This document shows positions 51,972 to 61,013 of a stretch of 64,000 nt of DNA, piece after piece. The DNA lies in assembly GCA_043825875.1 (NCBI GenBank), contig JBDRRF010000051.1, positions 1-64,000 of the forward strand, in the 5' to 3' direction. The notes beneath the pieces were generated by a model. It ran no database searches and was not told the DNA's origin. It saw only the letters and a program-made list of their open reading frames with translations. Position numbers and translations under genes: made by a program. Each line of letters begins with the position of its first letter. Within the stretch, counting starts at the first letter, position 1. Origin of the DNA: Pseudomonadota bacterium. GTDB taxonomy: Bacteria > Desulfobacterota > Desulfobacteria > Desulfobacterales > RPRI01.

Positions 51972-54900
51972 ATGAAAATCCAATTCAACCCGAATCTTGA
52001 CTTCCAGCATGAAGCAATAAATTCTGTTACTGATATATTTAAAGGTCAGGAAATTTGCCGGACGAATTTCACCATAGCACCAATAAAATATGACCCCCAG
52101 ACAAAACTTGAATTTGAAAACTTGCGAAATGATTTGGGTATCGGCAACCACTTAAAGCTTGGTGATGAAGATATCTTTGAAAACATAAAAGCAATCCAGC
52201 TTAGAAACGGGCTTGCACCTTCCGAATCGCTTGACTCCTTAAACTTCACGGTAGAAATGGAAACCGGAACCGGCAAAACTTATGTTTACCTGCGTTCTAT
52301 TTTCGAGTTGAACCGTCTATACGGTTTTACCAAGTTTATCATTGTGGTGCCTTCTGTAGCAATCAAGGAAGGTGTTTATAAATCACTACAGATGACGGAA
52401 ACACACTTTAAGGGATTATATGAAAACGTACAGTTTGATTATTTCATATACGACTCCCAGAAGCCAGGACCGGTGAGAAATTTTGCCACAAGCGATTATA
52501 TTCAGATAATGGTCATTAACATTGATGCCTTCAGAAAAAGCTTTACCGACCCGGAAAAAGAAGACAAAGCCAATATTATCCATCGCCCACATGAGAAGAT
52601 GGCCGGAAACCGCCCCATCGAATTTATACAGGCAACAAAACCCATAGTTATTATTGATGAGCCACAAAGTGTGGATACTACCAGCAAGAGCAAGGAAGCC
52701 ATAGCATCGCTTAATCCTCTTTGCGCCCTTCGCTATTCCGCCACTCATGTGGAAAAATATCACATGATGTACAAGCTTGATTCTGTTGATGCTTATCAGC
52801 AAAAACTTGTGAAGCAGATTGAAGTATCGGGTATTGAGATAAAGGATAGCCACAACAAGGCATTCATCCGGCTGCTTAAGGTAGATAATAAAAAGAGCCC
52901 GATTACCGCACAGATTGAAATTGATGCGAAGCAGCGCACAGGTTATGTCAAGCGGGTTAAAAAAACCGTCCGCAGTGGCAATGACCTGCTGGAAATATCG
53001 GGGGGCCGGAGCATTTACGATGGTTATATTATAGAAGATATCTATTGTGAAAAAGGCAATGAGTATATCAGCTTCACCAGCAAGCCTGATATTGTAAGAC
53101 TGAATCAGGCCATTGGTGAAGTAAACGATGAAGCATACAAAAGACTTCAAATTCGTAAAACCATAGAAAAACATCTTGAAAATGAGAAGGAACTTCGGCC
53201 AAGAGGACTGAAGGTACTTAGCCTGTTTTTTATAGACCGTGTTTCAAATTACCGCTGGTATGATGATAAAGGTAATCCACAACCCGGAATATACGCAAAA
53301 ATATTTGAAGAAGAATATAACAGGGAGATTACCAAGCCAAAATACTATACTTTGTTTGATGGCGCTGATCTTGAAACCACAGCACAAGATGTTCATAACG
53401 GCTACTTTGCGATTGATAAAAAGAAGACAACATCAGGCCGATCTGTTGAGATATTCAAGGACTCGCATGGAGAGGGGAAAGCAAGCGCTGATGAAAGCGC
53501 TTACCGGCTCATTATGCAGGATAAAGAAAGACTTCTAAGCTTTGATACAAAGCTTAAATTTATTTTTTCCCATTCGGCATTAAAGGAAGGTTGGGATAAT
53601 CCGAATGTCTTTCAAATCTGCACATTAAACGAAACCTCATCGGTTATGAAAAAACGGCAGGAAATCGGACGCGGCCTTCGTATAGCCGTAAACCAGGATG
53701 GTGAAAGAGTTCATGGGTTTGATGTAAATACGCTTACTGTAATGGCAAATGAATCATATGAAGAATTTGCAAAACAGCTTCAAAAAGAGATTGAAGAAGA
53801 AACCGGTATTAAGTTCGGCATAATTGAAAAGCATATATTCGCAAACATTCTGGTACCGACTGATGGCCATCAGGCAGAGTATCTTGGGATTGAAACTTCA
53901 CATTTGCTCTGGAATCATTTGGAGTCTGAAGGCTATATAGACAAAAATGGTAAAGTACAAAATTTATTACGCTCCGACCTTAAGGAAAGTAAAGTAATTC
54001 TTCCGGAAAAGATGGCGGATGTTTCACAGCAGATATTAGCAATTATCCAAAAGACTGCCGGCAAACTTAACATCAGAAATTCCGATGACCGCAAAAAAGC
54101 TGAATTGAATAAGGCTGTATATTTAAGCGATGATTTCCAGCAATTATGGGAAAAAATAAAATACAAAACAACATTCAGGGTAGATTTTGACCCAAAAAAG
54201 TTGATTGAAAAATGCGCTGATGAAATAAATAAAACACTGATTGTAGGCAGAACAAGGTTTATCACAAGAACTGCAACTCTTGATGTGGATAGAGGCGGTG
54301 TTAATGCACAAGAAGTTTACGAAACCATGTCGGTTTATAATGATCGTGATTATGATCTTCCGGATCTTGTAAGCTATTTACAGAATGAAACTAACCTGAC
54401 CCGCAGATCAATCGTTGCTATTTTAAAGGCAAGCGGCAGGCTACAGGATTTTAAGAATAACCCTCAAAAATTTATTGAGCAGGTTACTTCAATCATTAAG
54501 CATCAAATGCAGGTTTTTATTGTAGATGGTATTAAATATGAAAGAATAGGTTATCATCATTACTATGCCCAGGAGATTTTCAAGGAAAACGAACTGTATG
54601 GCTATCTGAAAAAAAACATGCTTGAAAGTAAAAAATCGGTCTTTGACCATATCGTTTATGATTCTGATATTGAGGCTGATTTTGCCAGGTCATTTGAACT
54701 TAGCAAGGATGTAAAGGTTTATGCCAAGCTCTCGGGATGGTTTAAAATAGAAACACCCCTGGGAAGCTATAATCCGGATTGGGCAGTGCTTGTAGAAACA
54801 GAAAACCAACAAAGGCTGTACTTTGTAGTCGAATCCAAGGGAAGTCGTTTTAGCGAAGAACTCAGAATTACGGAAAACGCCAAAATTCAATGCGGCCGGA

Positions 54901-54998
54901 AACATTTCAAAGCTCTGGAAAATAATATCGACTTTATGATGGCTGATAATTACTCAACATTTTCTGAAAAGATATCATCAACTGATCAAAATACATAA
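51972..54998 (+). CDS. res: Type III R-M restriction subunit (Res)
   Basis: METGTGKT, IIDEP, RYSAT, ALKEGWD, QEIGRGLR, nuclease YNPDW...VESK. Confidence 0.93.
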   Translation: MKIQFNPNLDFQHEAINSVTDIFKGQEICRTNFTIAPIKYDPQTKLEFENLRNDLGIGNHLKLGDEDIFENIKAIQLRNGLAPSESLDSLNFTVEMETGTGKTYVYLRSIFELNRLYGFTKFIIVVPSVAIKEGVYKSLQMTETHFKGLYENVQFDYFIYDSQKPGPVRNFATSDYIQIMVINIDAFRKSFTDPEKEDKANIIHRPHEKMAGNRPIEFIQATKPIVIIDEPQSVDTTSKSKEAIASLNPLCALRYSATHVEKYHMMYKLDSVDAYQQKLVKQIEVSGIEIKDSHNKAFIRLLKVDNKKSPITAQIEIDAKQRTGYVKRVKKTVRSGNDLLEISGGRSIYDGYIIEDIYCEKGNEYISFTSKPDIVRLNQAIGEVNDEAYKRLQIRKTIEKHLENEKELRPRGLKVLSLFFIDRVSNYRWYDDKGNPQPGIYAKIFEEEYNREITKPKYYTLFDGADLETTAQDVHNGYFAIDKKKTTSGRSVEIFKDSHGEGKASADESAYRLIMQDKERLLSFDTKLKFIFSHSALKEGWDNPNVFQICTLNETSSVMKKRQEIGRGLRIAVNQDGERVHGFDVNTLTVMANESYEEFAKQLQKEIEEETGIKFGIIEKHIFANILVPTDGHQAEYLGIETSHLLWNHLESEGYIDKNGKVQNLLRSDLKESKVILPEKMADVSQQILAIIQKTAGKLNIRNSDDRKKAELNKAVYLSDDFQQLWEKIKYKTTFRVDFDPKKLIEKCADEINKTLIVGRTRFITRTATLDVDRGGVNAQEVYETMSVYNDRDYDLPDLVSYLQNETNLTRRSIVAILKASGRLQDFKNNPQKFIEQVTSIIKHQMQVFIVDGIKYERIGYHHYYAQEIFKENELYGYLKKNMLESKKSVFDHIVYDSDIEADFARSFELSKDVKVYAKLSGWFKIETPLGSYNPDWAVLVETENQQRLYFVVESKGSRFSEELRITENAKIQCGRKHFKALENNIDFMMADNYSTFSEKISSTDQNT

Positions 54999-55004
54999 CA
55001 GATT

Positions 55005-55168
55005 GAGCCACTTTCAAAACGTTTCAGTTTGGTCAAGCTCAAGGCGGGAGAAAATTTCAACCGCAGGAATACATTGAGTATTTCGAGGATAGCGCTAAAG
55101 CTTCACTTCGTGCGAAATTTGAGCCCAACGCAGAGATCGGCCAAAATGGGACGTTTTGAAACTGGCTC
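55005..55168. mobile_element. Long-hairpin MITE/REP-like element, family A copy 3 (164 bp, with internal insert)
   Basis: Same ends as the other copies; flanked by direct repeat AGATT/AGATT; extra AGCGCTAAAGCTTCACTTCGTGC. Confidence 0.85.
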
Positions 55169-55175
55169 AGATTGA

Positions 55176-55523
55176 TTATTTAATGATGTCTATAACACTT
55201 CCAAGCATTTCATCATAAATCGATATCATCTTTAAGTTTGCCTCATATCCATGTTGAGTCGGAATAGTTTGTACAATTTCTTCGGCAATATCAACATTAG
55301 ACATTTCTCTAATTGTCGGATCTCCGGGTTCAGAATATAAAGCGCCCGGTGTATCTACAACACTGATCTGGGCATCTACGCTTCCATTAGATAATTCAAC
55401 AATATCGGTTCTGCTTTTTTTAAATTCATCCGTATTAACATTTGCTAAATTATTGCCACTTACACCCATTTTGGTGCTAAAAGCAAAAAGAGCTGAAACA
55501 TTATTATATACTGAATTTATCAT
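55176..55523 (-). CDS. Small flagellar basal-body rod-like protein (FlgC-like)
   Basis: GNNLANVNT and SNVDIAEE...YEANLK..DEMLGSVIDI; GGAGG RBS. Confidence 0.85.
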   Translation of the reverse strand: MINSVYNNVSALFAFSTKMGVSGNNLANVNTDEFKKSRTDIVELSNGSVDAQISVVDTPGALYSEPGDPTIREMSNVDIAEEIVQTIPTQHGYEANLKMISIYDEMLGSVIDIIK

Positions 55524-55558
55524 GGCAACCTCCAACATTAGATTTTACTCATTAATTG

Positions 55559-55585
55559 TTATCGGCAAAATTTTTTAAAACTTTA
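55559..55585 (-). promoter_or_regulatory. Sigma28 (FliA) promoter
   Basis: Exact TAAA-N15-GCCGATAA on the minus strand, 35 bp upstream of the rod-like gene start. Confidence 0.85.
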
Positions 55586-55697
55586 ATGAAAAATATATTA
55601 ATTCCAAATGCGGTTACCCTGTGTAATACTGGATGCCAGATTAACGAAAACAAAAACCTCTGTTAGATCAAATAACCGTTTATTATTAAGGATCAGT

Positions 55698-56453
55698 ATG
55701 GATATAGTCTTGGAATCAACAAAAATTACAGTACTGGCTTCAGGAAAGGCTTGGCTGGCACTGGATAAACCGGCAGGAATTACTGTTCACAATGCATCGG
55801 GAAAAGACCTGTGCTCGATTGCTAAAGATTTGGTTCGAAAGGATGACGTAATCCGTAACCGTTTGGGTCTTATGACAGAGATTGATTTTTCTCCCGTTCA
55901 TCGCCTGGATAAAGAAACCAGCGGAGTTATTATTCTTGCTGCCGACCGGGAAACTTTATGTTTTTTTTCGGATCAGTTTAAATCCCGCAAAATAGCCAAA
56001 CAATATATAGCGATTCTGCACGGCCAGCTGGACATCCCGAAACAAATAAATCTATGGGAATCGTGGACATGGCCGCTATCCAAAACGGCAGGTGGACGAC
56101 AAAATCCCCAGGGGCCAGGCCAGCGGATACCCAGCGAGACCCGATTCAGGATTATGGAACACAGCCCCCATTACACCATGGTAGAAATCGATCTTCTCAC
56201 CGGGCGCAAGCATCAGATTCGCCGCCATGCCAAGCTTTCCGGCCACCCGGTGGTGGGTGACACACGTTATGGTTCAACCAGGGCTGCAAATTACTTAAAA
56301 CAACACGCAGGATTTATCCGCCTCGGGCTGCATGCCCAGGCCATTACAATACATATACCCGGAGAAAAAACCCCACAGATCATCAAAACGTCCTGTATTC
56401 CTGCCGAAATGCAAAACCTGTTTGAAACAGATCGGAAAGCAGCTGTGATTTAA
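55698..56453 (+). CDS. RluA-family pseudouridine synthase
   Basis: DKPAG, VHRLDKETSG, TGRKHQIRRH, HPVVGD.RYG, LHA. Confidence 0.92.
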   Translation: MDIVLESTKITVLASGKAWLALDKPAGITVHNASGKDLCSIAKDLVRKDDVIRNRLGLMTEIDFSPVHRLDKETSGVIILAADRETLCFFSDQFKSRKIAKQYIAILHGQLDIPKQINLWESWTWPLSKTAGGRQNPQGPGQRIPSETRFRIMEHSPHYTMVEIDLLTGRKHQIRRHAKLSGHPVVGDTRYGSTRAANYLKQHAGFIRLGLHAQAITIHIPGEKTPQIIKTSCIPAEMQNLFETDRKAAVI

Positions 56454-56496
56454 ATCAAATAGAATTGCATAGATTGTTTGCGACATAATGTTTCAA

Positions 56497-57714
56497 TTAA
56501 TTTTTCTTTTGCGTTTTTTTATCACCATGAGGAAGCATCAGGATAAATGGTATTGCCCCAAACCCTAAAAATGCACTTAATGTATATGTTGCCTTAAGTC
56601 CTATCAGATCCCCCAGTAAACCTACAATTACCGTAATTGCCGAACGGGCCATAAAAGAAGACATCATGAATATGCCGTTTGCGGCTGAAGGACTGTTAGT
56701 GCTGTTTTCCTGCACAATCGCAAGCATCACCGGTGTTGTTGAAAGCAGGGTAAACCCCGTAAGAACAAGAAGCACAAAGCGAAACCAGCTATCAACCCAT
56801 ACAAAAGAAAGCAGCATGAAAGGAGCCCCTACAAGGGAAAAAAGTAACACCCGCCGTCTGCCCAATGCATCACTTAAAGAACCCGCTGAGATTATACCAA
56901 CCACACCTGCTGTTTCCACAAGAGTTAAAGATATCCCTGCCAGCCATAAATTTCCAGATTGCTGCTTAATAAAAGTCGGCAGGAAAGTCGTTATTACGGC
57001 ATGCATGAATCCCCGGCTAATAAGAATCGCCATAAGTGGAAATAATATATGCCGCATCTCCATCCAAGTGCCCCACAAAGACGGGTGAACTAAACCTCTT
57101 TTGCTTTTGGCGGGAACATCCTTGAATGTAAAAAACAACCACACAGAAGAGGCTATCCCAAAAACCATAAGGGGATATAAGCCTTCAAGGCCTAATAGTG
57201 AAACCCCGCCAACCGCCACAAGGGGCCCCACCGCTCTTGCCAGTTCTCCTCCGGTCATGTAAAAGCTCATGCCCCGTCCGGTATAAACACCTGATACTCC
57301 GGCTATCAGGGTTGGAGAAGGCACATGAAACAAAGATACACTGATCCCTGTGATAAACAGCAATATAAGAAGCATTCCATAACTCGGAGCCAATCCTATA
57401 AGACTCATAGGAATTGCGGTAAGTGACGGAGCCAATATTATAAACCAGCGTACATTGATTCGATCAGCCCACACACCTATTAACGGATTAAAAAGTGACG
57501 GAAGCTGCATTACAGTGGAAAGAAGCCCTGCACGTACAAGGGTAAGGGAAAATTTTTCAATAAGCAAAGGAAGCAGAGGAGAAAGAAAACCTGAGTAAAC
57601 ATCATGGACAAAATGACAAGCGGATAGCAATAAAACAGCTTTGGCCTTAAAGCGCTCCGGATTGCTATTGCTATTTGAGTTATCAGATTCTATTTCCTGC
57701 TGCATCCTGTCCAC
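56497..57714 (-). CDS. MFS transporter, Fsr-like
   Basis: HFVHD, LFHVP, GSLSDALGRRR motif A, about 12 hydrophobic segments. Confidence 0.85.
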   Translation of the reverse strand: MDRMQQEIESDNSNSNSNPERFKAKAVLLLSACHFVHDVYSGFLSPLLPLLIEKFSLTLVRAGLLSTVMQLPSLFNPLIGVWADRINVRWFIILAPSLTAIPMSLIGLAPSYGMLLILLFITGISVSLFHVPSPTLIAGVSGVYTGRGMSFYMTGGELARAVGPLVAVGGVSLLGLEGLYPLMVFGIASSVWLFFTFKDVPAKSKRGLVHPSLWGTWMEMRHILFPLMAILISRGFMHAVITTFLPTFIKQQSGNLWLAGISLTLVETAGVVGIISAGSLSDALGRRRVLLFSLVGAPFMLLSFVWVDSWFRFVLLVLTGFTLLSTTPVMLAIVQENSTNSPSAANGIFMMSSFMARSAITVIVGLLGDLIGLKATYTLSAFLGFGAIPFILMLPHGDKKTQKKN

Positions 57715-58003
57715 TCCTGCCGAAATCTATAACAGACATACAGTTTAAAATACAAGCGATCATTAAGGTTCATAAGCCAAAGTATATCGGAAATTTTTCT
57801 TAAGGAAAGTCGCATACCTCTAATACCCCTCCCCTTTTTTTTCATAATACACCCTGTTTCAATATAATCGTTTAAATACATATAGCCAAGAAAAGCCTGC
57901 ATAAATTTACATTAAATAAAGCGAGCCCCAAAATATAACCGGATACCCATAAAAAAACTCAGGGGGTATCTCATGTTTATTTACTTTCAGCAAATTATTT
58001 AGC

Positions 58004-58031
58004 TTGACCTTATTAATTATTTCTGTATATT
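58004..58031 (+). promoter_or_regulatory. Putative sigma70 promoter of the oxidoreductase operon
   Basis: TTGACC-N16-TATATT. Confidence 0.4.
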
Positions 58032-58076
58032 GTTTTTACTTCATTTTAACGAACAACATAATTTTGGATAATAGTT

Positions 58077-58343
58077 ATGAATTTCTGGCGCGTTCCGTTT
58101 GATGCAAATGATATTGAAGTTTCCAGGGGTATTGTATATATCCTTGATGACAGATGCAAAGGATGCGGGTATTGCATCGAATACTGTCCAAAACAAATGC
58201 TTGAATTTTCACCTAAATTCAATAAAAAAGGGTACCATCCCCCTGTTGCTAAAAATCCGGACGACTGTGTGAATTGTCATTATTGCGAAATCATCTGCCC
58301 CGAATTTGCAATCTATTCAGCCGAAGCCAAACCGTCAGAATAA
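58077..58343 (+). CDS. 2-oxoacid:ferredoxin oxidoreductase delta subunit (2x[4Fe-4S])
   Basis: CKGCGYCIEYCP and CVNCHYCEIICP. Confidence 0.9.
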   Translation: MNFWRVPFDANDIEVSRGIVYILDDRCKGCGYCIEYCPKQMLEFSPKFNKKGYHPPVAKNPDDCVNCHYCEIICPEFAIYSAEAKPSE

Positions 58344-58379
58344 ATAAGCAGTAACCATATAAATATTAAACGAGGATAA

Positions 58380-59528
58380 ATGAAACCAGCTGTACTTACA
58401 GGTGCACATTATATTACAGGCGATGAAGCCTGCGCAGAAGGAGCGCTTGCTGCCGGTTGTAGATTTTTCGGCGCTTATCCTATTACACCTGCTACTGAAG
58501 TTGCCGAACGTATATCCGAAAGGCTTCCTGAGGTTGGTGGAACTTTCATTCAGATGGAAGACGAAATTGCCGCTATGGCATCCATTCTCGGAGCTTCATG
58601 TGCAGGAGTTAAAAGCATGACTGCAACATCGGGCCCTGGATTCAGCCTGATGATGGAAAACATAGGCCTTGGAATTGTAACGGAAACACCTTGTGTAGTG
58701 GTTAACGTGCAACGCGCCGGTCCTTCTACCGGACTTCCTACAATGGGGGCGCAGGCGGACATGATGCAGGCAAAATGGGGATCGCATGGAGATTATGAAA
58801 TCATTGCACTTGCCCCATCTTCTCCCCAAGACATTTTTTACCAAACAATCACAGCCTTTAATCTGAGCGAAACATTCAGATTGCCTGTACTTATAATGAC
58901 AGATGAAATCGTGGGTCACATGAGTGAAAAAGTAATCATACCCAATGCTAAAGATATAGATATAGTATCCAGGGCTGTTCCAAAAGGCAGGAAAGATAAC
59001 TTCAAGCCTTTCAAACCTGCTCCACCGTATGGAATTGCTCCAATGCCTGCGGCAGGAGACGGGTATAAGGTACATTTCACAGGACTTACCCATGATGAAA
59101 AAGGTTACCCTGTCATGACTGTAGAAGCACAGGCAATAATGATGGATCATCTTATGAACAAGATCCGCAATAACCTTGATAAAATAATTATGACTGAAAG
59201 ATATAGGTTAGATGATGCGGATATTGCGATCGTATCATATGGCGTATCAACACGTACAAGCCTTGCTGCAGTAGACGAAGCACGAAAAATGGGAATCAAG
59301 GTCGGGTTGTTGCGGCTTATTACCGTATGGCCGTTTCCGGAAGACCAAGTGCGGCAACTTGCCAATCAGGTAAAAGGTTTTGTAACTGTGGAACTCAACC
59401 TTGGCCAAATACACTACGAAGTCCAGCGATGCGCAGGATATAAAGTGCCGAGTTATTTGGTCGGCCACCCCGGCGGCTCTGTCATATCGCCAGATGAAGT
59501 AATAAAGGTATTAAAGGAGGCATTTTAA
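58380..59528 (+). CDS. 2-oxoacid:ferredoxin oxidoreductase alpha subunit
   Basis: YPITP, QMEDEIAA, TATSGPG, QRAGPSTGLPT. Confidence 0.93.
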   Translation: MKPAVLTGAHYITGDEACAEGALAAGCRFFGAYPITPATEVAERISERLPEVGGTFIQMEDEIAAMASILGASCAGVKSMTATSGPGFSLMMENIGLGIVTETPCVVVNVQRAGPSTGLPTMGAQADMMQAKWGSHGDYEIIALAPSSPQDIFYQTITAFNLSETFRLPVLIMTDEIVGHMSEKVIIPNAKDIDIVSRAVPKGRKDNFKPFKPAPPYGIAPMPAAGDGYKVHFTGLTHDEKGYPVMTVEAQAIMMDHLMNKIRNNLDKIIMTERYRLDDADIAIVSYGVSTRTSLAAVDEARKMGIKVGLLRLITVWPFPEDQVRQLANQVKGFVTVELNLGQIHYEVQRCAGYKVPSYLVGHPGGSVISPDEVIKVLKEAF

Positions 59529-59530
59529 TT

Positions 59531-60367
59531 ATGCCTGAAACATCCAGAAAAACTTCAAAATCACCGGTACATCCGTTAGACGATCTATTACGAACCGATC
59601 GCATTCCTCATATTTGGTGTTCGGGCTGTGGTACCGGAACCGCATTTTCTTCAACCCTTACAGCTATAAAAGCAAGCGGGCTTGAACTTGACAATGTTGT
59701 AATGGTATCCGGAATCGGTTGTTCGGGAAGGGCTGCGGGGTACGTCAATCTTGATTCTTATCATACTACACATGGGAGAGCCATCCCGTTTGCAACCGGA
59801 ATGAAACTTGCCAATCCAAAACTTAATGTAATCGTATTTTCTGGCGATGGTGATCTTTTTGCTATAGGCGGAAACCATTTTATTCATGCCGCCAGACGAA
59901 ATATGGATATAACCGTTATTTGTGTAAATAATTTAAATTACGGAATGACGGGTGGCCAGGTAGCTGCAACAACCCCGTTTCATGCCAAAACATCGACAAC
60001 AACGGTAGGAAACCCCGAAGCGCCCTTTAATCTGCCTCTTCTGGCATATGCATCAGGAGCGACATATATAGCCAGATGGACAATACTTCATACTAGGGAT
60101 CTGACAAATTCCATAATTGAAGCCCTTAACAAAAAGGGGTTCTCGTTTATAGAAGTTTTATCTCCGTGCCCGGTAAATTACGGCCGGCGCAACAAGGAAA
60201 AATCTCTTGATACTTTAAAGCTATATAAGAAAGGCATCATCAAGAATAATTCCAATCCTGCCGATACGGATATTGATTTTGAGAAAGGGATTATTTTAGG
60301 TAAATTCGTTGATATCGATAAAGCTACCTGTATCGAAAATTATGACAATACATGCAGGCTAATATAA
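59531..60367 (+). CDS. 2-oxoacid:ferredoxin oxidoreductase beta subunit
   Basis: WCSGCG, SGIGCS, HGRA, GDGD, YGMTGGQ, SPCP. Confidence 0.93.
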   Translation: MPETSRKTSKSPVHPLDDLLRTDRIPHIWCSGCGTGTAFSSTLTAIKASGLELDNVVMVSGIGCSGRAAGYVNLDSYHTTHGRAIPFATGMKLANPKLNVIVFSGDGDLFAIGGNHFIHAARRNMDITVICVNNLNYGMTGGQVAATTPFHAKTSTTTVGNPEAPFNLPLLAYASGATYIARWTILHTRDLTNSIIEALNKKGFSFIEVLSPCPVNYGRRNKEKSLDTLKLYKKGIIKNNSNPADTDIDFEKGIILGKFVDIDKATCIENYDNTCRLI

Positions 60368-60407
60368 AATTTCAAATTTGAAATCTCAAATTAAACGAGT
60401 GAATTTC

Positions 60408-61013
60408 ATGGCTGATACAAAACAAATTAATGCTACAACCACGGAAGTTATCATAACGGGATTCGGCGGCCAGGGCATCATACTTGCCGGTCGTATCATC
60501 GGTAAGGCGGCCGCCCTCGGCGATGGCAAAGAAAGCACACTCGTGCAGTCTTATGGGCCTGAATCCAGAGGAGGAGCATGCAGTGCGCAGGTTGTTATCT
60601 CCGATCGTTCCATTCATTATCCTTATATAAGGCAACCGGATATTCTTGTATGCATGTCTCAATCGGGATATGAAAAATATATCGATCACATGAAAGATAA
60701 TACTCTCCTTTTGGTTGACGAAGATCTTGTGCATCCGGAAAAATCAAATAATGATCCTTTTCCAATACCTGCCACAAGAATGGCTGAAGAACTTGGCCGG
60801 AAAATGATGGCAAATATCATTATGACCGGTTTTTTCACAGCCATTACCCAGAAAATATCTCTTAAAGCAGCCGAAGATACTGTTGCCGAATCGGTTCCCA
60901 AAGGAACGGAAGAAGCAAACATTAAAGCATTCAAAAAAGGTTATGATTTCGGCCTCGCCCTTCTCAAGGGCCGTGAGAAAAAGGCCGCTGGTAAAATAGG
61001 AGCAATTGCATGA
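60408..61013 (+). CDS. 2-oxoacid:ferredoxin oxidoreductase gamma subunit
   Basis: GFGGQG, SYGPESRGG, NIIMTG, NIKAF. Confidence 0.92.
   Translation: MADTKQINATTTEVIITGFGGQGIILAGRIIGKAAALGDGKESTLVQSYGPESRGGACSAQVVISDRSIHYPYIRQPDILVCMSQSGYEKYIDHMKDNTLLLVDEDLVHPEKSNNDPFPIPATRMAEELGRKMMANIIMTGFFTAITQKISLKAAEDTVAESVPKGTEEANIKAFKKGYDFGLALLKGREKKAAGKIGAIA

Noticed and set aside
52416..53174. 252-aa minus-strand ORF and similar long antisense ORFs elsewhere (e.g. 13940-14548, 2027-2563)
   Set aside because: Fully antisense to well-supported genes, with no recognisable motifs.
57661..57684. Short hexamer repeat encoding NSNSNSN at the MFS N-terminus
   Set aside because: Only 2-3 imperfect in-frame units; too short to suggest a contingency locus.
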